Assembly: GCA_043718025.1 (NCBI GenBank)
Contig: JAYSWN010000042.1
Location: forward strand, 1 to 40,207
Origin: Pseudomonadota bacterium
Lineage (GTDB): Bacteria; Bdellovibrionota; FAC87; UBA2466
DNA: 40,207 bases
Direction of reading: 5' to 3'
Shown here one piece after another: positions 1-8,903 of the stretch. Every line of letters starts with the position of its first letter. Position 1 is the first letter of the stretch. The position numbers and the translations under genes are program-made. Below the pieces are notes generated by a model that saw only the letters and a program-made list of their open reading frames with translations, did no database searches and was not told the DNA's origin.

Positions 1-228
1 CCGTCGTGGTCCTCGGGCATTGAAGTTATTATTGCCCAAAAATCTGCTGTTCAACCCGGTGAAAGCGCTACCCTCGGTACCGAAATCGACATCGGCACCG
101 ACTATGCGGTTTACCAGAATTTTAATCTTGGTCTGAACCTCGGCTACTTGTTCGCTGGCGATGGGCTGCGCAAACCTAGTCCAAATGGTGTTTTTGGCCT
201 GCGCATCATGGCCGGTCTGAAGTTCTAA
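1..228 (+). CDS. 3' end of an outer-membrane beta-barrel protein (partial, runs off the left edge)
   Basis: Frame 1 reads PSWSSGIEVIIAQKSAVQPGESATLGTEIDIGTDYAVYQNFNLGLNLGYLFAGDGLRKPSPNGVFGLRIMAGLKF-stop (TAA 226-228). It shows amphipathic beta-strands, LGTEID and GYLFAGD motifs typical of alginate-export-like barrels, and a terminal Phe (BAM signal). Not in the ORF track. Confidence 0.75.
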   Translation, partial: PSWSSGIEVIIAQKSAVQPGESATLGTEIDIGTDYAVYQNFNLGLNLGYLFAGDGLRKPSPNGVFGLRIMAGLKF

Positions 229-280
229 ACAATAATTTTTGTGAGGAGAGGACATTCAAAATCAACACGTCAGTCGTAGA

Positions 281-1183
281 TTGATTTTGAGTTTTCTCTC
301 CTGCTTTATTTCTGTCCCCCTTTTTTCTACCGACTACTCTGAGGCTCTAAAAAAAAATGAGACCGAGTTAGCGGCTGACCCTCTCAGCCAAAAGCTCCTA
401 TTTCAGGTTAGCGACCTGCAGCTGCTAACGGCGGGCCATACCGCAAGCCGAAAGTTATTGACCCAAACTTTGCAAAATGGGCGTTTCGCCATGAGTTCTG
501 ATTTGGTGGCGGCAATAGAGCAAAAGCTGGTGGCGTCACTTAATCGATTTCGATTGGAGGAGGCTCAGTCGTTATATCTGCGCGGAGAGATTCAAAAAAA
601 TAACGGTGATCACACGGCGGCCCTGTCGCTATTTAGCCAGGCCTTGCGCCTAGAGCCCGAGAACTTGGTCCTTCTCAAAGTGAAGTGCATGACCGAGTTC
701 GACCTGGGGCAATACTCTGCGTACTACCAATCGCTCATTGCGATCTCTTCACTAATTCCCTTTGAAAAAGAGTGGCGCATTTCGCTTCTGGAGGCGCAAG
801 TGAAGTTTAAGGCTTACGCCAAGATAACCGCGGTTTTGACCGCCATTCCCTATGGGCATTCCACTCGCGAAGACCTAGCCCTTGCCACCGCCTATTTAGA
901 GACCGGTGAGGCCGATCACGCCATGCCGTTACTCCGGACTCTAAGCTCTCAAGCCCGCGATTCGAGTCAATTTTTCTTAGTGCAGTTCAACTTAGGCAAA
1001 GCCTACTCGCAATTAGAGCACCCCAATTTGGCCAAACTGCATTTGCTGCGGGCACAGCGCCTCTCCAAACAGCTGCCTTTGCGCCGGTGGGATCCTTACG
1101 ATCTTTCAGATAAGGCCAAAGAGACATCACAATGGCTCGAGAAACTCGATACCGAGATGAAACGCGCTAACTCTAGCTCTTAA
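281..1183 (+). CDS. Exported tetratricopeptide-repeat protein
   Basis: Hydrophobic N-terminus. TPR-like segments AQSLYLRGEIQKNNGDHTAALSLFSQALRLEPEN, LALATAYLETGEADHA and VQFNLGKAYSQLEHPNLAKLHL. The TTG start is uncertain. Confidence 0.7.
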   Translation: MILSFLSCFISVPLFSTDYSEALKKNETELAADPLSQKLLFQVSDLQLLTAGHTASRKLLTQTLQNGRFAMSSDLVAAIEQKLVASLNRFRLEEAQSLYLRGEIQKNNGDHTAALSLFSQALRLEPENLVLLKVKCMTEFDLGQYSAYYQSLIAISSLIPFEKEWRISLLEAQVKFKAYAKITAVLTAIPYGHSTREDLALATAYLETGEADHAMPLLRTLSSQARDSSQFFLVQFNLGKAYSQLEHPNLAKLHLLRAQRLSKQLPLRRWDPYDLSDKAKETSQWLEKLDTEMKRANSSS

Positions 1184-1373
1184 CGTGACATTTCTCGTCA
1201 CCGTGCCCAGCCATTCAACAGCCCTTTACGCCCACGTTCCCGCTTAAGTGGCCGTAGACCCTCTGTTTTCATCCTGGCTAACCACTTGCACAACGCAGTG
1301 TTGGGACGACACGCCCGGCCTTCATCCGACGGTTACGGGGTCTGCGAATTTTAAGCCAACTGGGGCCATAACG

Positions 1374-2420
1374 ATGATGCGATTAAACAGATTTACTACG
1401 GTTTTTAGCTTGATGATGGCACTTAGTATTTTACTGAGCGGCTGCGGAAATAAAGACTCTTTTGTTTCGGTAGGTGTCACAAACGACTTCACCCAAGATT
1501 TAAATCCACCTTACGTGGACATTTTGTGGATGGTGAACGACCGTTCGCCGATGAACTCAGCCCTATCAACGTTGTTGCCGGAGGCCACCGAATTTTTTAA
1601 ACGCTTGGACAGCAACACCCAAAGCTATCGCATGGCATTTGCCAGCGCCGACATGGAAATTCGTCCCGCTCAGCTACGACCTATTGGCACCTCAGAACCC
1701 ATGGTTAAGGAAACCACCGCCACCAATACCTTAGAGCAACGTGCGGCCTCTTTCCGTTCTATTCTGGGCCGTTATATCAACCTTTCGACGGGCGCTAAAG
1801 AGATGGGCTTAGACAGCGTAATCGCCATTTTGAACGGCCCCTTTGTGCCCCGCCCCAACGTTCCTTTGGTCGTGATATTTGTGTCTGACTCTTTTGATGT
1901 ATCGACGGGAGTATCGACGGGAGTAACGGCTGGACAAAACGCGGTAGATTATTACGAAAATCAGCTATTGGCCTTAAAAGGCGGCAACCGCTCGTTGATT
2001 CGAGTCTACTCGATCAATTACAAACCTTTGGCTCCGGGTGAGACAATCAATGCGGCCAATCGCTGCGCTACTTACTACAATGCGGACGTAGACAAACGTC
2101 CTGACTCAACAGAACGGTATTTCAAACTGGCGAAAAAATTTGCCGTCGACTTACCCAACCCCGATCAGGCTACGGGCACGCTGTGCAAACCCTTCGCAAA
2201 TCAAATTGATATTTCTGGATTGAGATTGAAAGAATTCGCGAAACGCTTTTCGCTGAAAGCACGCCCCAAAACCGACACCTTGCAGGTAGCGGTTTTTCTG
2301 CGCGGAACCGACACAAAGTTCGATGTTAAGTGGGCATTCGATCCGGCGACCAATGAAGTGGTTTTCGAGACGGCACCACCCGAAGGCTCGAATATTCGAA
2401 TCTCTTACTTCCCCGGCTAG
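1374..2420 (+). CDS. Lipoprotein with a vWA-like domain (degenerate MIDAS)
   Basis: Start moved from 1248 to ATG 1374, which gives a signal peptide and lipobox LLSG-C. VDILWMVNDRSPM resembles vWA beta1/MIDAS and LVVIFVSD resembles vWA beta4. The C-terminus WAFDPATNEVVFETAPPEGSNIRISY resembles myxobacterial/Bdellovibrio vWA lipoproteins. Confidence 0.7.
   Translation: MMRLNRFTTVFSLMMALSILLSGCGNKDSFVSVGVTNDFTQDLNPPYVDILWMVNDRSPMNSALSTLLPEATEFFKRLDSNTQSYRMAFASADMEIRPAQLRPIGTSEPMVKETTATNTLEQRAASFRSILGRYINLSTGAKEMGLDSVIAILNGPFVPRPNVPLVVIFVSDSFDVSTGVSTGVTAGQNAVDYYENQLLALKGGNRSLIRVYSINYKPLAPGETINAANRCATYYNADVDKRPDSTERYFKLAKKFAVDLPNPDQATGTLCKPFANQIDISGLRLKEFAKRFSLKARPKTDTLQVAVFLRGTDTKFDVKWAFDPATNEVVFETAPPEGSNIRISYFPG
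1899..1925 (+). repeat. In-frame 12-bp tandem duplication GTATCGACGGGA x2 (+GTA)
   Basis: gtatcgacggga gtatcgacggga gta encodes VSTG-VSTG-V in the lipoprotein. Confidence 0.85.
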
Positions 2421-2432
2421 TTCTCGGGGGGG

Positions 2433-2924
2433 CTAGTTATTTTCAGAAGAGAGTTTATTGGCAAGTATTCGTAACGAAACGTCGAGACTCTTTAGCTTCA
2501 TGATGAGTTCATCCTCAATACAATGAGCCATCGATTCTACGTCTCCCGCTTCGCGGTACCGGCAAACTTCACGAATCAACTCCAAACATTCATTTCGGCG
2601 CTTCACCGTTGCCGCGAACTCCAAAAAACCAACCCCATCAGTTTCAGTAGCACCGGCGCTCAAAGGCCACTGGCCAAACAGCTGGCTCAGAGTTTCCAAG
2701 CAATGTCGCAACAACTTTTGCCCCTCAAGAGTTGCCCCACTATAGAAAAGGTGGGCGATGCGCGAAAAACTCTGGGGTAATCGCTCGATCCGCGAAATCG
2801 AACCCTCAACTTGGTTCAGTTGGGCCCACGGATCTTTGGGCACCGAGGGGCGCAAAACTTCGCTTGGAATCGATGTCGAGAGCAAGCCGAATGCAGTCTG
2901 AGAGTCCCCATCGGTTTCAAACAT
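2433..2924 (-). CDS. Hypothetical alpha-helical protein
   Basis: 163-aa ORF whose start overlaps the stop of the upstream TPR gene. The C-terminal AGDVESMAHCIEDEL resembles helical-bundle proteins often found near flagellar genes (inference). Confidence 0.6.
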   Translation of the reverse strand: MFETDGDSQTAFGLLSTSIPSEVLRPSVPKDPWAQLNQVEGSISRIERLPQSFSRIAHLFYSGATLEGQKLLRHCLETLSQLFGQWPLSAGATETDGVGFLEFAATVKRRNECLELIREVCRYREAGDVESMAHCIEDELIMKLKSLDVSLRILANKLSSENN

Positions 2925-3612
2925 GAGCGCCCCTTTGTGGTCTTGTTTTTAGAAAATCTTCACTTACTTTAAAGTCCGAAATGGCCATGTCGGCCTGCGC
3001 GGCATCGAGTCGGGTCAACCCACGGCGCCAAAAAATCCGCCCCAGCAATTCAGATGCGGCGTCGGCTTCGGCGTCATTGAAGAAGGGACCAAACTCGGGA
3101 AGTCCGCCTTTTGCCGAGTGGGCCCACACGGTGGAAAAGTGATGCTTCGCCAATTCATCGTCTTTGGGTTCGGCGTGAGCTAACGCCGGAATCCCGGTAA
3201 ACATGAGGCTAAAGAGCGGTGAGTTACCGACCAAGTAGCGGTCGTAGGAAGGAACTAGTTTCAAACATTCGGCCATTCTTTCGTAATCGCCCAACACCAG
3301 AAAAAGGCGGGCAAGCATAAAGGCAGTTTGCGGGCGGCGGGTCTGAATCCAGTGAGTCTCCAAACTGCGCCGGGCCTGCGTCCAATTCCCTAAGTGGAAT
3401 TCGCAAAGCCCTAAAAGCCATTGAAATTTGGCCTCGTAAGGCTCCATTTTGTTGAGGACCCTAAGCAACGTACGCGCAAGCACTGCGTCACCACAGTCCA
3501 TTAGGGACTTGGCAAAGGCGAACACGTTACGTTGAAGGGGGCGAGTGAGAACTTGGCCACGGCGCAGAGCCGTCATGACCTGAGAAGCTATCAATTCAAG
3601 TTGTGTTGTCAT
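2917..3612 (-). CDS. TPR-like protein
   Basis: Likely start ATG 3612 (MTTQLEL; ORF track gives GTG 3651). TPR-like segments FQWLLGLCEFHLGNWTQARRSL, AFMLARLFLVLGDYERMAECL and LLGRIFWRRG...AISDF. Confidence 0.6.
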   Translation of the reverse strand: MTTQLELIASQVMTALRRGQVLTRPLQRNVFAFAKSLMDCGDAVLARTLLRVLNKMEPYEAKFQWLLGLCEFHLGNWTQARRSLETHWIQTRRPQTAFMLARLFLVLGDYERMAECLKLVPSYDRYLVGNSPLFSLMFTGIPALAHAEPKDDELAKHHFSTVWAHSAKGGLPEFGPFFNDAEADAASELLGRIFWRRGLTRLDAAQADMAISDFKVSEDFLKTRPQRGAHV

Positions 3613-3769
3613 GGCAGAAGATTCACAAGAGCAATCCTTGTGCCATGACACAACGGCGTTTCGGCAGAAATTTCCGCACGAAACTAAAAAACGATCGTCA
3701 AGAATCCGACGGTCACGTCACATCACTGACTGACGCAAAAAGTCGATACCCTCGTTAACGAATCAAAAA

Positions 3770-4180
3770 TCAGTTTTGCTTTTCAAGCTTGGGTTCAACC
3801 GAAAGGTCGAGGGGCAGGTCGGCACTGGTCTGGGTGAGTTCCAAAATACGTTCCGATTTGATCTCATCGATTCGAGCAATCAGTTCAAGATCGAGGTCAA
3901 CAATACGGCGAACCAACTGTTCCCGTTTCCGGAAATGTTCTTTTACCAAGGGTTGGTAAAAAACCACTTCATCCGCGGATAAATGGACACTCGAAAATTT
4001 CTGAGCAATTTTCGATTCAAAGGTGTGAATCATATCAAGAACGCGTTCACGGTCTTCGGTAAATTGATTTACCCGAGACCAAAGGTTCTTTTTGGCTCTA
4101 CCTAAAAAGTCTTCGGTCATCGTCAAAAGCTTTTCAAAGAATTGGTTCTTCAGCTCTAAATAATAGAGAACTTCTTCCAT
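3770..4180 (-). CDS. FliT/FlgN-like helical chaperone (flagellar export chaperone-like)
   Basis: Start likely ATG 4180 (MEEVLYYLELKNQFFEKLL), preceded by AGGAG. The 136-aa product is all-helical, and the pattern V.QF..DRERVL..I...E resembles FliT. Confidence 0.5.
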   Translation of the reverse strand: MEEVLYYLELKNQFFEKLLTMTEDFLGRAKKNLWSRVNQFTEDRERVLDMIHTFESKIAQKFSSVHLSADEVVFYQPLVKEHFRKREQLVRRIVDLDLELIARIDEIKSERILELTQTSADLPLDLSVEPKLEKQN

Positions 4181-4370
4181 GGTCGGGACTCCTGTTTCAA
4201 TGCAATCGAAAGTGGAATTGGAAACGATCTGCTTGGATGGTGATGGGCTACTCTCTAAATTATAGGGTAGTCGTAAAAACGTCGCTACCCTCAGTTGGGG
4301 GAGGCCGTGCAAATTCTCCAAGAATCCTTTCTGGAGTTGACGCGCCTTCCTTTGAAGGCGAAACGTAGCC

Positions 4371-5291
4371 ATGGACCGGTGGCACCGCAGCGTACTATTA
4401 AACGAAACCTTAGAGCTTCTTGGCGAGCTAAAAGGCGGTGTGTTTGCCGATCTTACCTTCGGAGAGGGTGGGCACACCGAAGCAATTTTAGAGCGTGGAG
4501 CCAAACAGGTATTGGCGGTAGACCGCGATAGCGAAGCTATACAGCGTTACTTAAAGGATGGCGCCCTGCGGAACGACCCCCGTCTAAAGATTTTTCACGG
4601 CAACCTCTCCAGCTTTCCGGACATGGGCTCGGAAATGGGGTTGGTTGAACCGCTCAATGGTATTTTGATGGATTTGGGCGTGAGTACACGCCAATTGCTC
4701 GAAGGTAATCGCGGGTTCTCCTTTGCCGAAAGCGGCCCTCTCGACATGCGTATGAATCGTAGCGAGGGACCAACCTTAGAAGAACTACTGGCGCAGATCG
4801 AAGCCCCGCAACTGGCCGACATCATTTACGAGAATACCGACTTGCGAACCTCTCGTAAGGTGGCGAGGCAAATTCTATTTGCCTACGAAAAGGGGAATCT
4901 AAAGACCACTGAAGACCTAGCCAAGCTTTTTGCCTTCGCAAAACCAAGACCCAACGATAAAAACCCAGCCACCGTCATTTTTTTGGCGCTCAGAATGTGG
5001 GTAAATCAAGAAGGACGAGAGGTCAGAGAAACCATCCCCCGGCTAATCCCAATGCTGAAGCCTGGCGGTCGCCTTGCCGTGATCACCTTTCATTCTTCAG
5101 AAGACCGTTGGGTGAAAAATATATTTCAAAGCCTGGCTGGTCAGTGTGTTTGCTTCAAGAACCCGTGTGAATGTAAACGAGAACAGCAAGTTAAGTTTGT
5201 CACCCGCAAAGCCATTGGCCCCTCTGACGATGAGAAGAGAGACAACGCCCGATCGCGAAGTGCGCTTTTGAGGTGCGTTGAACGCTTATAA
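4371..5291 (+). CDS. rsmH: 16S rRNA m4C1402 methyltransferase
   Basis: HRSVLLNE, DLTFGEGGH, MDLGVS, GPLDMRM, ITFHSSEDR and NARSRSA motifs; first gene of the dcw cluster here. Confidence 0.97.
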   Translation: MDRWHRSVLLNETLELLGELKGGVFADLTFGEGGHTEAILERGAKQVLAVDRDSEAIQRYLKDGALRNDPRLKIFHGNLSSFPDMGSEMGLVEPLNGILMDLGVSTRQLLEGNRGFSFAESGPLDMRMNRSEGPTLEELLAQIEAPQLADIIYENTDLRTSRKVARQILFAYEKGNLKTTEDLAKLFAFAKPRPNDKNPATVIFLALRMWVNQEGREVRETIPRLIPMLKPGGRLAVITFHSSEDRWVKNIFQSLAGQCVCFKNPCECKREQQVKFVTRKAIGPSDDEKRDNARSRSALLRCVERL

Positions 5292-5356
5292 TGTTAAAAT
5301 AGCCCTTAAGTGCCCTAGCGGCTTCCCATCACATAGCAAAGATTCTCTGAGCTTAA

Positions 5357-5653
5357 ATGACTAAACGTCTCGAAGGCCTAATTTGGGTCGCTTTGATTTT
5401 TGGCGCCACCTACGTACTTATTTCGGTGCGCACGGAAACCGTGAATGCCACCTACGAATATGTAAAAATTGAGAAACAGTTGAAAATTGAAGAGCAAAGT
5501 TTACAAAATCTTCGCGTGGAGTGGCTAAGACTAACCTCACCCAAGCACCTGCTCTCGCTAGCCCGTCGTCTTGGTTTACAAGCCCCTATTTTCAATCAGG
5601 TGATCCGTTATGATCCGCATGAAACCACCATCCACGCCGCCCGCGTTCAGTGA
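5357..5653 (+). CDS. ftsL: Cell division protein FtsL
   Basis: Short N-tail, one TM helix, coiled coil ending LRVEWLRLTSPKHLLSLARRLGL; lies between rsmH and ftsI. Confidence 0.85.
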   Translation: MTKRLEGLIWVALIFGATYVLISVRTETVNATYEYVKIEKQLKIEEQSLQNLRVEWLRLTSPKHLLSLARRLGLQAPIFNQVIRYDPHETTIHAARVQ

Positions 5654-7583
5654 GCGTCAGCCTGCAGTTTCCTCGGCCGCGCGAACCCGCTTTCTGTTTT
5701 GCTGCCTTTTGGCCTTTCTTGCCGCAATCGGCCTGCGCCTTTTCCGTCTCCAGATCGTGGGTAGTGAGGAGCTGGAGTCGCTCGCGCAGAAACAATTTCA
5801 GAAAGCGGGAACGACTGCCCCTTACCGGGCATCGCTCTTAGATAGAAATGGCGAAGAGTTGGCGGTAAGCCTTAGCTCGAGCTCCATTTTCGCCCGCCCT
5901 CGCCTAATCCGGAATAAGAGAAAGACCGCCAGTGCTTTGGCCAAAACACTCGGTGGCAGCCAAGAAAAATGGCTGAGCCGAATCGATACCGTTAAATCCT
6001 TCGTTTGGATTCAGCGACAAGTTGAGCCCGACGTGGCCGCCAAGATTTCTCGTTTGAACCTTCCCGGCCTATTCATCGAATCAGAAAACCGACGCGTTTA
6101 CCCAAATGGACGACTGGCGGCAAATCTCATCGGTTTTACCGACATAGATGGCAATGGGCTCACCGGTCTCGAACTGGGGCTAAACTCCACGCTCGTTGAA
6201 AAAGGGCACCGCTACTCCGTGGTTCCCGACGGCAAAGGCAACGCCTCGTACATCGAAAAGCCAAAGGAAAAGCCGGCAGAAAGGACGCCACCAATTCGGC
6301 TGACGATAGAACGTCACCTTCAGCACGTCGTTGAAGAAGAACTTGAGCAGACACTAAAAGAGACCGGTAGTAAGTTTGCTTACGCCATTGTGATGGACCC
6401 GAAAAACGGTGAGATCCTCGCGTGGGGGCAGGCTCCTACATTCGACCCAAACCGAGCCAACGAGTCGCCTTTAGAAACCCATCCGCTGCGCTCCTTTTCG
6501 ACAGCCTATGAACCCGGTTCGATTCTAAAACCAATTTTTGTGGCTGAGGCACTTCAGCAAGGTAAGCTCGATTCCAATGCTCTAATCGACTGCGGGGCCG
6601 GCAGCATCAAAGTAGGTAAAGAGACAATTCGCGAGGCCGAGTCTCACGAAAAATTTGGTTTCATTTCACTCGAAAGAATCCTTGTCGTGTCTAGCAACGT
6701 CGGGGCAGTTCGGGTTGGACAAGCCCTTGGACCAGAACTCATTCGTCAGGGGTTAGATCGTTTTGGGCTGCTCAGCAAGATGAACCTTCCGTTGCCAGGT
6801 GAAGCGTCGTCGCACATTAAATGGGATGACTATTTGAAAAATCCAATGCACCTGGCCACCGTTTCGTTCGGACAAGGCGCCGCCTTTAATCTCACGAACG
6901 TAGTTGCCGCGTACGCTCCATTCGCCAATGGTGGATTCCGTGTAATTCCACACGTAACGCCCCCCGCCGCGCCCTCCGAGCCTCAACGAATCTTAAGCCC
7001 ACGGGTGGCTGAAAAGCTTCGCAGTTACCTTACGTCGGCGGTGGAATCAAAAGACGGCACCGGGAAACGGGCGGCCATACCGGGAATTCGCGTGGCCGGA
7101 AAAACGGGAACAGCACAGAAGTACATGACGGGCGTCGGCTATGGAGGAAAAAATTACCTCTCGTCATTTATTGGGTTTTTACCAGCCGAGGCGCCCGAGT
7201 TGTTGATCGGCATCATGGTTGATGAGCCCAAAGGCAAATTTTATGCTGCGGATGTGGCGGTCCCAACTTTTCAACGCTTGGGACTAAAGGCATTGCAGAT
7301 TTTGAATCGCATCCCGAAACAACCGTTTGTCCCCTCCAATGAGTTGGTACTCTCTCCTCAGGCGGGGAACGAAAACCGGATTGTAAAAAAGGACGAAAAA
7401 GGGCGGCTACTCATGCCCGAACTTCGAGGCAATTCGCTTCGCGAAGCCATTGAACAGCTGGGAATGGCTGCGGTTCCGATCAAGATTCAAGGAACCGGCT
7501 ACGTCCAGCGCCAAAAACCTCAAGCGGGAACGCCCCTCACCGCCCAATCTGCCATCGAGCTTGCGTTCTCGCCAGCTGGCTGA
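5610..7583 (+). CDS. ftsI: Class B PBP FtsI/PBP3 with C-terminal PASTA domain
   Basis: RASLLDRNG, RRVYPNG, GLTGLE, EPGSILK (SxxK), SSN (SxN) and KTGTAQ motifs; PASTA-like MPELRGNSLREA...GTGYVQRQKP. Confidence 0.95.
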   Translation: MIRMKPPSTPPAFSERQPAVSSAARTRFLFCCLLAFLAAIGLRLFRLQIVGSEELESLAQKQFQKAGTTAPYRASLLDRNGEELAVSLSSSSIFARPRLIRNKRKTASALAKTLGGSQEKWLSRIDTVKSFVWIQRQVEPDVAAKISRLNLPGLFIESENRRVYPNGRLAANLIGFTDIDGNGLTGLELGLNSTLVEKGHRYSVVPDGKGNASYIEKPKEKPAERTPPIRLTIERHLQHVVEEELEQTLKETGSKFAYAIVMDPKNGEILAWGQAPTFDPNRANESPLETHPLRSFSTAYEPGSILKPIFVAEALQQGKLDSNALIDCGAGSIKVGKETIREAESHEKFGFISLERILVVSSNVGAVRVGQALGPELIRQGLDRFGLLSKMNLPLPGEASSHIKWDDYLKNPMHLATVSFGQGAAFNLTNVVAAYAPFANGGFRVIPHVTPPAAPSEPQRILSPRVAEKLRSYLTSAVESKDGTGKRAAIPGIRVAGKTGTAQKYMTGVGYGGKNYLSSFIGFLPAEAPELLIGIMVDEPKGKFYAADVAVPTFQRLGLKALQILNRIPKQPFVPSNELVLSPQAGNENRIVKKDEKGRLLMPELRGNSLREAIEQLGMAAVPIKIQGTGYVQRQKPQAGTPLTAQSAIELAFSPAG

Positions 7584-7591
7584 TTCTTTAT

Positions 7592-8869
7592 ATGACAGAC
7601 ATGTTTCAACCGACCGAAGAATTTAAAAAATTTGCCGCATTGGATGCACGTCTAGTCGAGATCTGTAAAAAAGTTAAAATCCTGTCGCAGCTCGCGTGGC
7701 CTACCGGCATGGACGAAGTCTTTCTTGATGGCTGGAAAAAACAGAATCCCAAAAACCCGCTTCCTGTTTTTCGCCTGGTAAATCTTACTGATGAAAGCCG
7801 CATTTTAGAAAAAATTATTAAAGAGTGCGACATCAGCCATCCCATCGGAAACTACTTGGCCGAAACTGCACAGAGCTACTTCGTGGCCACCCAACTGTTG
7901 GCCACGCAAGGCACCCCCGCGTTTACCGAGTGCTCAGCTACTCTTTATGGAAAACCGACCGATCGCATTGAATCTTCCGGTCTCACTCACCTTGATGCCG
8001 CCCAAAAATTTATTGAGACGACACAAAACTCCATGGAGGCTTTTCAAGATGGCGATGCGGACTATTGTCTGACTGCCGAAACTGTGGCGAAAGAGCTAAA
8101 GGATCGTCTTGGGGCATTTTTTTCCGATGATAAGATCAATGTAATCGTCGATAATGAGCTAAACGCCAAGGCCGCGGCCGGTGCCCAGAAAGTGCGCTTA
8201 CGCGGCAAAACTTGTTTCTCCCATCTTGAGTTAGATCAGTTGATTCAGCACGAGGGATTCGTGCACATGCTCACCGCCATCAATGGGCGTCGTCAAAAAG
8301 ACTTTGCCTCATTAGGATTAGGTTCCCCGCGCACGACCCGCACTCAAGAGGGGTTGGCCACTTTTTCGGAGCTAATTACTGGAACGATGGATTTGAATCG
8401 ATTGCGACGGATTGCCCTTCGTATTCCCGCCGTGCAGATGGGGTTGGACGGGGCCGATTTCATCGACGTCTTCCGTTTCTTTTTGGAGGCGGGGCAAACC
8501 GAGAAAGAGAGTTTCCAGTCGGCGGCCCGGGTTTTCCGAGGTGGCCAGCCTGCGGGAGGCGGAATCGTTTTCACCAAAGACTCTGTTTACATTCAGGGGC
8601 TTATTTATACCCATCTATTTCTGCTTAAGAGCATCGAGGAAAATAAATTTTTCTTCGCCGAGCATCTTTTCACGGGCCGCCTTACTTTGGGCGACATAGT
8701 TCGCTTGGAACCGTTCATCGAAAAACAGTGGATGTCGCCGCCACGGTATCTGCCGCCGTGGCTTCGCAATCGTCAGAAGCTGGCGGCTTTTTTGACCTAC
8801 TCCTCGTTCATTAATCAGATTGCGCTAAAAGAATTTACGCTTGAGGACTTCGCGAAACGCGGAATTTGA
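7592..8869 (+). CDS. QEGLA-motif / DUF1704 (MATCAP-family) metallopeptidase
   Basis: HEGFVH (HExxxH), TRTQEGLA, RVFRG and FTKDSVYIQG match the QEGLA-motif protein family (TIGR02421/DUF1704). Confidence 0.88.
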   Translation: MTDMFQPTEEFKKFAALDARLVEICKKVKILSQLAWPTGMDEVFLDGWKKQNPKNPLPVFRLVNLTDESRILEKIIKECDISHPIGNYLAETAQSYFVATQLLATQGTPAFTECSATLYGKPTDRIESSGLTHLDAAQKFIETTQNSMEAFQDGDADYCLTAETVAKELKDRLGAFFSDDKINVIVDNELNAKAAAGAQKVRLRGKTCFSHLELDQLIQHEGFVHMLTAINGRRQKDFASLGLGSPRTTRTQEGLATFSELITGTMDLNRLRRIALRIPAVQMGLDGADFIDVFRFFLEAGQTEKESFQSAARVFRGGQPAGGGIVFTKDSVYIQGLIYTHLFLLKSIEENKFFFAEHLFTGRLTLGDIVRLEPFIEKQWMSPPRYLPPWLRNRQKLAAFLTYSSFINQIALKEFTLEDFAKRGI

Positions 8870-8903
8870 CCGCCCCCCGCCCGTAGAATAGTTGTCTTTG
8901 GGC

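Noticed and set aside
4181..4504. N-terminal extension of ORF 3770..4504
   Set aside because: It overlaps rsmH antisense and is low-complexity; an RBS-backed ATG exists at 4180.
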